From positions 136,643 through 176,489 of IMG/VR virus record IMGVR_UViG_3300025876_000005: a stretch of 39,847 bases of DNA; one strand, 5' to 3'. This stretch comes from a virus. The notes under the pieces were generated by a model that was not told where the DNA came from, did not search any database, and saw only the letters and a program-made list of their open reading frames with translations. Shown here piece by piece: positions 13,638 to 22,014 of the stretch. Numbering within the stretch: position 1 is the first letter of the stretch; the number at the start of each line of letters is the position of its first letter. The translations under genes were made by a program, and so were the position numbers.

Positions 13638-13706
13638 TGGGAGAAGATATGATTTTTTGGGATGACCAGTGGAATGGTGAATCTGAAGAGGACTGTTAAT
13701 AACTTT

Positions 13707-13772
13707 TTGTAAAATAATTGGCCAAACATTTTTTTGTTTGGCCTTTTTTGTTTATATTTACACTATAATTAA
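13707..13772 (+). promoter_or_regulatory. Early promoter with palindrome GGCCAAACA..TGTTTGGCC
   Basis: TTATATTTACACTATAAT core. Confidence 0.75.
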
Positions 13773-13777
13773 AAAAA

Positions 13778-13984
13778 ATGCTAAAACAAAATATTCCACT
13801 TATCATTGCAGAAGGGATGATAGTAAAAGAAGAATTAGAACGACAAGGAGCAAAAGAATTAACAGCTCACAGCGATTTAGGAGTAGCTTTAACGGCTAAA
13901 CAAATGGATTTGGTATGTGAGTATAAAGAAGTAATTAAAACGCTTAAACAATTAAAAAAGAGATATGGAAATAAAGAAAAGTAA
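13778..13984 (+). CDS. Hypothetical protein
   Basis: ORF after promoter. Confidence 0.6.
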   Translation: MLKQNIPLIIAEGMIVKEELERQGAKELTAHSDLGVALTAKQMDLVCEYKEVIKTLKQLKKRYGNKEK

Positions 13985-14168
13985 TATTATCCCAACACTT
14001 ATAGTAATGGGTTGGTTTGGCATCTTATTGATTGTAGCTACTATTATGACTAGCTGTGAGAAACATGATGATTGCAAATTATACCGATGCGGAAGCAAAG
14101 AAGTTAATGTTATCAATCATGCAGCATATTACCAATCAGATAACTGCGAATGTATTGAAAAATTTTAA
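13965..14168 (+). CDS. Small Cys-rich putative lipoprotein
   Basis: Hydrophobic helix ending MTSC; four further Cys. Confidence 0.55.
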   Translation: MEIKKSNIIPTLIVMGWFGILLIVATIMTSCEKHDDCKLYRCGSKEVNVINHAAYYQSDNCECIEKF

Positions 14169-14172
14169 TTGT

Positions 14173-14414
14173 TGCTAACGTATTGTATAAAATGCGTTGA
14201 GGAACGAAATGAATTTTATATGGTGTTATGCACCGTTTAATACTTAAAATAATGAATGAAGAAATTAAAAAACTTAGTTGCACCACAAGACAAAAACAAA
14301 TTCTACAAATAATCTACGAATACAATGAAGGTTGGAGGGATGCACAAAGCATTGAAAAGGATTTAGGTAAATTGTTTTTGGATAAAAGACATAAGCCTAA
14401 AAATGGTGCATAAC
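14173..14414 (+). mobile_element. attC-like hairpin plus integron-like gene cassette remnant
   Basis: TGCTAAC..TATAAAAT/ATTTTATA..GTTATGC; cassette ends GTTATGCACCGTTT / AAATGGTGCATAAC. Confidence 0.6.
14252..14413 (+). CDS. Small cassette-borne hypothetical protein
   Basis: Stop TAA lies inside the GCATAAC box. Confidence 0.55.
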   Translation: MNEEIKKLSCTTRQKQILQIIYEYNEGWRDAQSIEKDLGKLFLDKRHKPKNGA

Positions 14415-14533
14415 GGACGAGTGTATGACAAGTGCCAACACAGAACTTAATTAAAAAAAGAACCCAACGATTCTCTACATACCAGATAGTTTAATGTAGA
14501 AACAAAACCTAAGATCAGCATAAAAAGACTAAG

Positions 14534-15220
14534 ATGAGAATAACATTTATTTCCGACACGCACACCAAACACCGACAGCTAGATCTGCCGGGTGGAGACC
14601 TCCTAATTCATGCTGGAGACATTATGAATAGCGGTTATAGCGCGTATGAAGTCACAGACTTCTGTAAGTGGTTTGAGGGTCAAGACTATGATGTCTCCGC
14701 TTTTATTGCCGGAAACCACGACCGTCTGTTTGAGGATGAACCTGAAAAAGTGGCTGAGATCGTCAATTCATATGGAGTTGACTATATGCAGGACAATGTT
14801 TTTGAGTATGGTCTTTTTCCGGATGAAATGGTTAAGATCTATGGCAGTCCTTGGCAGCCTGAATTTTATCATTGGGCTTTTAATCTACCCAGATGTGGTG
14901 AAGAGTTGGCCAAAGTTTGGAATGATATACCAGAAGATGTTGACATCTTAGTAACTCACGGGCCTCCACAAGGACATTTAGACATAAGTGGACCTCCATA
15001 TAATGAAGGTGATCTAGGCTGTGAGATCCTAAGGGTTCGAGTAGATAAGATTAAGCCAAAGATCCACGTGTTTGGTCACATTCACGGCGGCTATGGCTAT
15101 AAGTTTCATGAAGGTACGCATTTTATCAACGCAGCTGTACTAAATGAAAGGTACGTACAAGTAAATGAACCAATCACAGTAGACTGGGACCCAGTAACAA
15201 ACGAAATAGAATTTTTATGA
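14534..15220 (+). CDS. Calcineurin-like metallophosphoesterase (MPPED/239FB-like)
   Basis: SDTH, HAGD, AGNHD, THGPP, HVFGHIH. Confidence 0.92.
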   Translation: MRITFISDTHTKHRQLDLPGGDLLIHAGDIMNSGYSAYEVTDFCKWFEGQDYDVSAFIAGNHDRLFEDEPEKVAEIVNSYGVDYMQDNVFEYGLFPDEMVKIYGSPWQPEFYHWAFNLPRCGEELAKVWNDIPEDVDILVTHGPPQGHLDISGPPYNEGDLGCEILRVRVDKIKPKIHVFGHIHGGYGYKFHEGTHFINAAVLNERYVQVNEPITVDWDPVTNEIEFL

Positions 15221-15903
15221 AGTACATAAGCATAGACATAGAGACAACTGGATTAGACCCAGAGAAATGTCAAGTCTTAAGTATCGGTGCAGTTATTGAA
15301 GACACCAACGATATTAAACCACTAGCAGATCTGCCAACATTCCACGGCGTAGTTTTGCCAAACAGAATTGAAGGCGATCCTTATGCTATCAATCTGAACA
15401 GAGACCTGCTTCAGACGATCGTGCAGTATCAAACAGCACAGGATCAAGATGAGAAGAATGACATCGTGCAGATGACTGGCATGAAGTTCTATAAGAAAGA
15501 AGAGATCGTTGAAGCCTTTTATTACTGGTTAGCTGAAAATGGTTTTGTAGAGTTTAACGATATAAATTCTGGTGGTTATGCTAAGATGGAGAACGGTAAA
15601 ATGTTGCCTATGATTACTAACAAGACTAAGCCGATCCATATCACAGCGGCTGGTAAAAACTTCGGCACGTTTGACCTTAAGTTCTTAGAGAAGATGCCTC
15701 GCTGGAAACAGCTAATCAAAGTACGTCAGCGTATTTTAGACCCAAGCATAATCTATACTGAATGGAAAGAGGACGAGAGCTTGCCGGGATTAGGACTTTG
15801 TAAGAAGAGAGCTGGTTTACCAGAAGAGGTTGCGCACGACGCAGTGAAAGATGCACAAGATGTAATCTTACTCTTAAGAAAGGAATATAATCCAGGTTAC
15901 TAA
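15217..15903 (+). CDS. DEDDh 3'-5' exonuclease
   Basis: IDIETTG, GKN..FD..FL, HDA..DA. Confidence 0.88.
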   Translation: MKYISIDIETTGLDPEKCQVLSIGAVIEDTNDIKPLADLPTFHGVVLPNRIEGDPYAINLNRDLLQTIVQYQTAQDQDEKNDIVQMTGMKFYKKEEIVEAFYYWLAENGFVEFNDINSGGYAKMENGKMLPMITNKTKPIHITAAGKNFGTFDLKFLEKMPRWKQLIKVRQRILDPSIIYTEWKEDESLPGLGLCKKRAGLPEEVAHDAVKDAQDVILLLRKEYNPGY

Positions 15904-16127
15904 TGGCAAACGAGGAGATCAAGAAGAATTTAGACGAGTTTCATTATCATGAGGCTCTAGATAGGTTACATGTGATCGCATGCAACTGTGAAGACCATTT
16001 GATGCAACATCCGGCAATTAAATTAGAGCCAGAAGTTAAACAAAACATAGATAAGGCTATACAACATCTATGGGAAGCTTACCAACAAATCGGTAATATC
16101 TCAGATAAAAGATTTAAAGATGAATAA
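15903..16127 (+). CDS. Hypothetical protein
   Basis: TAATG coupling; FHYHEALDR..HP..AYQ. Confidence 0.7.
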   Translation: MANEEIKKNLDEFHYHEALDRLHVIACNCEDHLMQHPAIKLEPEVKQNIDKAIQHLWEAYQQIGNISDKRFKDE

Positions 16128-16458
16128 AATACTAAGAAAACTAGAATGGAAGTTGCGCAAGGTTAATCTTAAGTTTAACCTATTAGATATTTTCTTACAT
16201 GATGGAGATGCATGTATCGGCTTCACGTTCTTTGAATTCACAAAGGACTTTCGACCATACGCCTTATTAGCATTTGAGTTTAGATTGCCGAATGGAGCAG
16301 ACCGCAAGATCTTAAGTGTAACTAACTGGGACTTCCTTTTCTTGAGTACACCACTCTGGAAATGGCTTGACAATACAAGCGAGAGAAAACAATGGAGCTC
16401 CAACCTAACTAAATGGGAAGAGTTCTGGTTAAAGACTCTAAGTAAGTTGTATAGATAA
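16120..16458 (+). CDS. Hypothetical protein
   Basis: Overlapping ORF, Trp-rich. Confidence 0.65.
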   Translation: MNKILRKLEWKLRKVNLKFNLLDIFLHDGDACIGFTFFEFTKDFRPYALLAFEFRLPNGADRKILSVTNWDFLFLSTPLWKWLDNTSERKQWSSNLTKWEEFWLKTLSKLYR

Positions 16459-16483
16459 AATAAGACGTGATTAACTTAACTTT

Positions 16484-16509
16484 AAGGAGGTCTCGCGACC
16501 TCCTTTTTT
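16484..16509 (+). terminator. Intrinsic terminator
   Basis: AAGGAGGTC-TCGC-GACCTCCTT-TTTT. Confidence 0.85.
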
Positions 16510-16520
16510 ATTTTAGAGAG

Positions 16521-16976
16521 ATGAAGTTTAAGAAATTAGCTAGCAATACAAATTTTGATCTAGCAGAATACACTAGAGAATACCTTGAAAAGAACAAGGA
16601 TTATGAAGTAAAAATGTACCTAGGCTGTGACAGCCAAACTAAAGGTATTACAACTACTTATGCGACAACGTTAGTATTTCACGTTGCCTCATCAGGCTGC
16701 CATGTAATCTATAAGAAAGAAGTGGTGCCTGTGGTTAGAGATATGTGGAACAGACTGTGGAAAGAAACTGAACTTTCGGTTCAGGCTGCACTCTATTTGC
16801 GTGATGCTGGAATCGAGATAGATACAATAGATTTAGACTATAACATCGACCCGGTCCATAAATCAAATAAACTGGTAAAAGCTGCGGTTGGATATGTAGA
16901 GTCACTTGGCTTTGAAGCGAGAGTTAAACCAGACTTATTGCCAGCTGTTTATGCTGCTGACGATATTGTAAACTAA
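16521..16976 (+). CDS. RNase H-fold YkuK (DUF458) family protein
   Basis: YLGCDSQ, RLWKE...S, DLDYN, KP...A..AAD. Confidence 0.8.
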   Translation: MKFKKLASNTNFDLAEYTREYLEKNKDYEVKMYLGCDSQTKGITTTYATTLVFHVASSGCHVIYKKEVVPVVRDMWNRLWKETELSVQAALYLRDAGIEIDTIDLDYNIDPVHKSNKLVKAAVGYVESLGFEARVKPDLLPAVYAADDIVN

Positions 16977-17021
16977 TTCCATTTAGAGTATATAAACAAC
17001 AGAAAACAATTAACTTAATAT

Positions 17022-19031
17022 ATGTCATTAGCAGACGGTTACGAAAGTGAAAAAGGTAGAAAGGGGTCGAAGAAGAAAGCGACTCCTTTTCTAGATGAGT
17101 TTGGTGAAGATCTAACACAACTTGCCGCTGAAGGTAAGCTAGATCCAATTATTGGTAGAGATAAAGAGATCTACCGCATTTGCCAGATCTTGTCCAGAAG
17201 AAAGAAGAACAACCCAATTATTCTTGGAGACCCAGGTGTGGGTAAAACTGCAATTGTAGAAGCGATTGCTCAACGTATTGTTGAGAAGAAAGTAGCGAGA
17301 GTGCTCTTAAACAAGAGAGTTATCTCAATCAACATGACAACGATCGTTGCAGGTACAAAATACCGTGGTGAATTTGAAGAGCGCATGAAGAATATTGTTG
17401 ACGAGCTAAAGATGGCCGACAACGTAATCGTCTTCATTGATGAGATTCATACTATTGTTGGTGCTGGAGGTGTTAGTGGAGCGCTAGATGCTTCAAACAT
17501 CCTAAAGCCAGCGTTGGCCAGAGGCCAAGTACAATGTATTGGTGCTACTACACTTGATGAATACCGCGAGAATATCGAGGATGATGGCGCATTAACACGT
17601 CGTTTTCAAGAGGTGTTTATTGACCCACCTTCAATTGAAGAGACTATTGAGATCTTACACAGAATCAAGTCTAATTATGAAGAGCACCATGCAGTTGAAT
17701 ATAATGATGAGTCAATCGAAGCCTGTGTGCGCATGAGTGAACGTTACATTAAGCAGCGTGAATTGCCGGATAAAGCAATTGACTTACTTGATGAATCTGG
17801 CGCTAGAACGCACTTAATGGAAGTTAAAGTACCGGCTAATATCAAAAAGCTTGAGAACAAATGCGAAACTATTAAACTCGATAAGAAACTTGCAGTTGAA
17901 AAACAAGACTATGAACTTGCAGCTCAGTTGAGAGATGCTCAGATGGAATGTGAGTCTGAAGTTTTAGAAGAGACTGAAAAGTGGGAAGCAAGCCTAAAAA
18001 CAACAAAACGTAAAGTTACAATCGACGATATTACAGAGACGATTGCAATCCAGACAGGTATTCCAGTGAATAAGCTTGGCGCTGACGACATGAAGATGAT
18101 TAAGAACATGGCTAATAAGCTTAAAGAGCATATCATCGGTCAGGATAAAGCAGTTGAGGCACTTGCACAAGTTATTAAAAGATCACGTACAGGCGTGGCA
18201 AGTCACAAGAAGCCTGTGGGTTCATTTATGTTCTTAGGTCCAACTGGAGTTGGTAAAACTGAGACTGTAAAAGCACTTGCAGAATACTTGTTTGGTGACA
18301 CCGATGCAATGATCCGTATCGACATGTCAGAATACCAAGAGAAGTTTAATGTCTCAAGATTGATTGGTTCACCTCCGGGATATATTGGCCATGAAGACGG
18401 TGGTCAGCTAACAGAAGCAGTACGCCGCAAGCCATATTCAGTAGTTCTCTTTGATGAGATTGAGAAGGCGCACCCAGATACATTTAATACGTTACTACAA
18501 GTGCTTGATGAGGGCCGTCTCACGGACTCTCTAGGCCGCGAGATTGACTTTACCAATACTATTATTGTCATGACTTCAAACGTCGGCGCGCGCAAGCTAG
18601 CGGACTTTGGAACTGGCGTTGGCTTCCAGAGCGCTTCTACAATTGCAACTGAGAATGCTAAGATGGATGCAATCATTAAGAAGGAACTCAAGAATAAGTT
18701 TAGCCCAGAATTCTTAAACAGACTAGACGATATTATTCTATTCGATCAGCTTTCAAGTGATGACATTATTAAAATCGTTGACATTGAGCTTGATCTATTC
18801 AACGAGCGTATGACAGAGTTAGACTATGTATTTAAGTTTACTAAGGCTGCAAAAGAGTTTTTAGCAGTTGAAGGTTATGACCCAGCATACGGTGCTAGAC
18901 CACTTAAGAGAGCAATTCAAAAATATGTAGAAGACTTAATTGCAGATGCGATAGTTGACGGTGATCTTAAACCAGGTAAGACTTACACTGTTAATAAGAT
19001 CAAGACAGACGAGAAACTAAAGCTTAAATAA
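17022..19031 (+). CDS. clpC: ClpC-like AAA+ ATPase lacking the Clp N-domain
   Basis: LDPIIGR, GDPGVGKT, KYRGEFEER, FIDEIH, UVR-like M domain, GPTGVGKT, GVGF ClpP-docking loop, GARPLKR. Confidence 0.93.
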   Translation: MSLADGYESEKGRKGSKKKATPFLDEFGEDLTQLAAEGKLDPIIGRDKEIYRICQILSRRKKNNPIILGDPGVGKTAIVEAIAQRIVEKKVARVLLNKRVISINMTTIVAGTKYRGEFEERMKNIVDELKMADNVIVFIDEIHTIVGAGGVSGALDASNILKPALARGQVQCIGATTLDEYRENIEDDGALTRRFQEVFIDPPSIEETIEILHRIKSNYEEHHAVEYNDESIEACVRMSERYIKQRELPDKAIDLLDESGARTHLMEVKVPANIKKLENKCETIKLDKKLAVEKQDYELAAQLRDAQMECESEVLEETEKWEASLKTTKRKVTIDDITETIAIQTGIPVNKLGADDMKMIKNMANKLKEHIIGQDKAVEALAQVIKRSRTGVASHKKPVGSFMFLGPTGVGKTETVKALAEYLFGDTDAMIRIDMSEYQEKFNVSRLIGSPPGYIGHEDGGQLTEAVRRKPYSVVLFDEIEKAHPDTFNTLLQVLDEGRLTDSLGREIDFTNTIIVMTSNVGARKLADFGTGVGFQSASTIATENAKMDAIIKKELKNKFSPEFLNRLDDIILFDQLSSDDIIKIVDIELDLFNERMTELDYVFKFTKAAKEFLAVEGYDPAYGARPLKRAIQKYVEDLIADAIVDGDLKPGKTYTVNKIKTDEKLKLK

Positions 19032-19065
19032 GCATATAATAACAAAGATAATAATTTAAAGATAG

Positions 19066-19902
19066 ATGAGTTTTTCAACTACATTCAAACAAATACTTTC
19101 ACATATTAAAGAGCAAGGCACAGAGTCTCAGCCTAGAGATATGAAAGTCAAAGAAGTCTTACTAGCAGACTTCGATATTGACCCAGCTAAGCCAATTGCT
19201 AATTTTGAGAGCAGACCTTTTAACTGGAAATATCTAGCTGGTGAACTAGCATGGTATTTACACAGAGATCGAGATATTGACTACATTAGTAACTTCTCTT
19301 CATTTTGGAAAGGCATTACTAATCCTAATTCAAACGAGATCAACTCTAACTACGGCAGTCTTGTTATCAATGATGAACAAATGTCTTGGGTGATTGAGTC
19401 TCTTAAGAAAGACCTTAACAGCCGCCAGGCTATTATGTTCTTTAACCGGCCAGACTTTCAGTTTGAAGGCAACAAAGACTTTGTCTGTACCATGTATGCA
19501 AACTTCTTTGTAAGAGACAACAAGCTTATGATGAAAGTACAAATGAGATCTAACGATGTATTCTACGGTCTTACGTTTGATGCACCTTTCTTCTCATTCT
19601 TACATCAATCAGTTTGGCATATCTTAAAGCAAACTTATCCAGATCTAGAGATTGGTTATTATTTCCACTTCGCAGACAACTTACATTTCTACGAAAGACA
19701 CTTTGAGTTAGCAGATAATATTCTAGCCGAAACAGAAGACAAGACTGATACATTCATGCTTAAAAAGCCTTTTATTGATTACAAAGACGGGCAAGTAAGC
19801 TTAAGCGACCATGGTCGTGAATTCTGCCAGCGCATTGACGCTTCAATTGGTAAAGAAGACGTTAACTACAAAAACATCCTTGCGGACTATTTTGAACTTT
19901 AA
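19066..19902 (+). CDS. Thymidylate-synthase-fold enzyme, T4 gp42-like dCMP hydroxymethylase
   Basis: EINSNYG, SRQA, DFVCT, MRSNDVFYGLTFD (Asp at the ThyA Asn position), LHFYERH. Confidence 0.78.
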   Translation: MSFSTTFKQILSHIKEQGTESQPRDMKVKEVLLADFDIDPAKPIANFESRPFNWKYLAGELAWYLHRDRDIDYISNFSSFWKGITNPNSNEINSNYGSLVINDEQMSWVIESLKKDLNSRQAIMFFNRPDFQFEGNKDFVCTMYANFFVRDNKLMMKVQMRSNDVFYGLTFDAPFFSFLHQSVWHILKQTYPDLEIGYYFHFADNLHFYERHFELADNILAETEDKTDTFMLKKPFIDYKDGQVSLSDHGREFCQRIDASIGKEDVNYKNILADYFEL

Positions 19903-19907
19903 GAAAG

Positions 19908-20219
19908 ATGGCAGAACCGTTAAGAATACACATTGACCCTAGAGCTTTAACAGTAACTGATTTCGATCAGCTGTTAATGAGCAAATACGATATGTTCTAC
20001 CGCAGAATAGTAGAATATGTACTTAAAGATATTGAGGAGGGTTCTAAGGATGAAATTATGGCCATCTTAGTAGATGAAGATGGCGTTGAGTATGATATGA
20101 GTCTACCAAGAGAAGGCTACCTAAAATCATTAAACAAAGCAACTGAATACTTTAGAATGATTGAAGAGTATGAAACATGTGGCCTAATCAAAGATATGAT
20201 AAAACAAATTGAGAAATGA
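19908..20219 (+). CDS. Hypothetical protein with UVR-like C-terminus
   Basis: YF..IEEYETC..IKD motif; coupled to clpP. Confidence 0.65.
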   Translation: MAEPLRIHIDPRALTVTDFDQLLMSKYDMFYRRIVEYVLKDIEEGSKDEIMAILVDEDGVEYDMSLPREGYLKSLNKATEYFRMIEEYETCGLIKDMIKQIEK

Positions 20220-20896
20220 ATTACTATAGTAAAGATAAAGAATTTGAGAGATTCGCAAAGAGCGAATTTAACATCGGCTCATCAAAGCTAGATGTATATA
20301 GCAAACACATCCAAGGCTCAATGACGCCATATATTCTAGAAGAACGAGAGTTGAGAGCAACTCAAATGGACATCTTCTCAAGATTGATGATGGACAGATT
20401 GCTATGGGTTGCAGGTCCTGTAAATGACCAAATGTCAACTGTTGTCCAAGCTCAATTAATGTTTTTAGACACTACATCAAACGAAGATATTACAATGCAT
20501 ATTGATTCTCCAGGTGGAAGTGTTAAATCAGGACTTTCAATGGTTGACGTGATGGAATACATTAAAGCTGACATCCGCACAATTAATACAGGTATGGCAG
20601 CTTCGATGGGTTCAGTACTTCTTGGCGCTGGTACAAAAGGTAAAAGAATGTCATTAAGACACTCAACGACAATGTTACACCAGTCATCAGGTGGATTCAG
20701 TGGAAACATTCAAGATGCTGAAATCGACTGGCAAGAATGGAAAAAAGTTAACAATGAGCTTTTTGTCCTACTTGGATCTTACTGTGGTAAAAGTGCAGAA
20801 CAAGTTAAAGAAGATGCTACGCGTGACTTCTGGTTAAATGCAGAAGAAGCTGTTAAATACGGTATCATCGACGAAGTAATTAAGCCGAATAAATAA
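20216..20896 (+). CDS. clpP: ATP-dependent Clp protease proteolytic subunit
   Basis: DIFSRLMMDR, IDSPGGSV, AASMGS (Ser), MLHQ (His), RDFW (Asp), YGIID. Confidence 0.95.
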   Translation: MNYYSKDKEFERFAKSEFNIGSSKLDVYSKHIQGSMTPYILEERELRATQMDIFSRLMMDRLLWVAGPVNDQMSTVVQAQLMFLDTTSNEDITMHIDSPGGSVKSGLSMVDVMEYIKADIRTINTGMAASMGSVLLGAGTKGKRMSLRHSTTMLHQSSGGFSGNIQDAEIDWQEWKKVNNELFVLLGSYCGKSAEQVKEDATRDFWLNAEEAVKYGIIDEVIKPNK

Positions 20897-20902
20897 AATA
20901 AG

Positions 20903-21232
20903 ATGGACAAGCGAGAAAAACAAAGAGAAGTCTTTATCGAACTAGTCAACAAACAACTAGAGCCCTTTGACGTTACTTATAAGGAAGTAAGTTCAGATCC
21001 AGACTGGTATATGCGCTATCGCGTAACAGCGGATCAAGAGCAAGCTTTTATTAAATGGGGCGTTGAACTGATCAGAAAGAAGCTTAGAATGACCAAGAAA
21101 ATGGCCGAGCAGGAAATGAGCTGGTTTATTTTACAGTGGGGTCTAACTACAAATCAAATTGATCGAGTTGAACAAATAAGCTCAAAAGAGGCGCTTAAAG
21201 TTGATTTGAAAAAGACAAAAGATAATTTATAA
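20903..21232 (+). CDS. Hypothetical protein
   Basis: 109-aa ORF. Confidence 0.7.
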   Translation: MDKREKQREVFIELVNKQLEPFDVTYKEVSSDPDWYMRYRVTADQEQAFIKWGVELIRKKLRMTKKMAEQEMSWFILQWGLTTNQIDRVEQISSKEALKVDLKKTKDNL

Positions 21233-21274
21233 CCATTTCAGGCTGGTAACGGGCTTTTCCGTGATAAATATCTC

Positions 21275-21976
21275 ATGGAGAAGACTTACATACCAGAATG
21301 GGCTACTAAAGGCCCGATAGACTTTGAATACAGACACTATAAACTTCTAGCCGAAGTTAAGAGTCTTAAAAAAGATCTAAAGAATGGTCTATTCTCTGAA
21401 ACTCTAAAAAAGGTAGACGACACGCTTGACTACCTTTACCGTTATGATGCAGAAAAGCTTCTTTCATCCGAGGACCTTTCTAACTATGAACTTACTGGCA
21501 TTAACTTCTTTAACTTTGATCTAGAATATACTCAAAAAGAATTAGATCAGGATGAAGTAATGGACATCCTCTGTGAGGAAGCAATAGATATTTTTGAAGA
21601 ATTGCACTCAAACATCAGAGACATTTGGCGTGAAATCGAGCTTGGCCTTAAGGTTGCTTATGTACCACACAAGAGATATTTCTTAAACGATGGCTTTGTC
21701 TTCATTATCACAGCAAACAACGAATTACATTCATATTATTTCAACAAGCCTTCTGGTTATATTAATGACTGGCGCTCTTTTAAGCTTGAATTCTTAAACA
21801 AGACCAAGTACACAAAAGAGGTTTATATGTCGCAGCTAGAAGACCTAAATGCTACAGAAACTGAAAAGATTATCTTTAAAGTAGAGTGTAATAACGCAAC
21901 GATTATTGAAGGTTTTGCAATTGAGGTTATAAAAAGCACTATTTATCATACTCTGCGTAAAGACTATTCATTTTAA
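21275..21976 (+). CDS. Hypothetical protein
   Basis: 233-aa ORF, IDFEY..Y.LLA; GATAAATA upstream. Confidence 0.75.
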   Translation: MEKTYIPEWATKGPIDFEYRHYKLLAEVKSLKKDLKNGLFSETLKKVDDTLDYLYRYDAEKLLSSEDLSNYELTGINFFNFDLEYTQKELDQDEVMDILCEEAIDIFEELHSNIRDIWREIELGLKVAYVPHKRYFLNDGFVFIITANNELHSYYFNKPSGYINDWRSFKLEFLNKTKYTKEVYMSQLEDLNATETEKIIFKVECNNATIIEGFAIEVIKSTIYHTLRKDYSF

Positions 21977-22014
21977 GCAGGATAAATAAATAGAGAAAAA
22001 TATAACAATTTCAA

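Noticed and set aside
19066-19902. Canonical thyA
   Set aside because: Lacks PCH and the dUMP-specifying Asn; motifs fit the gp42 type.
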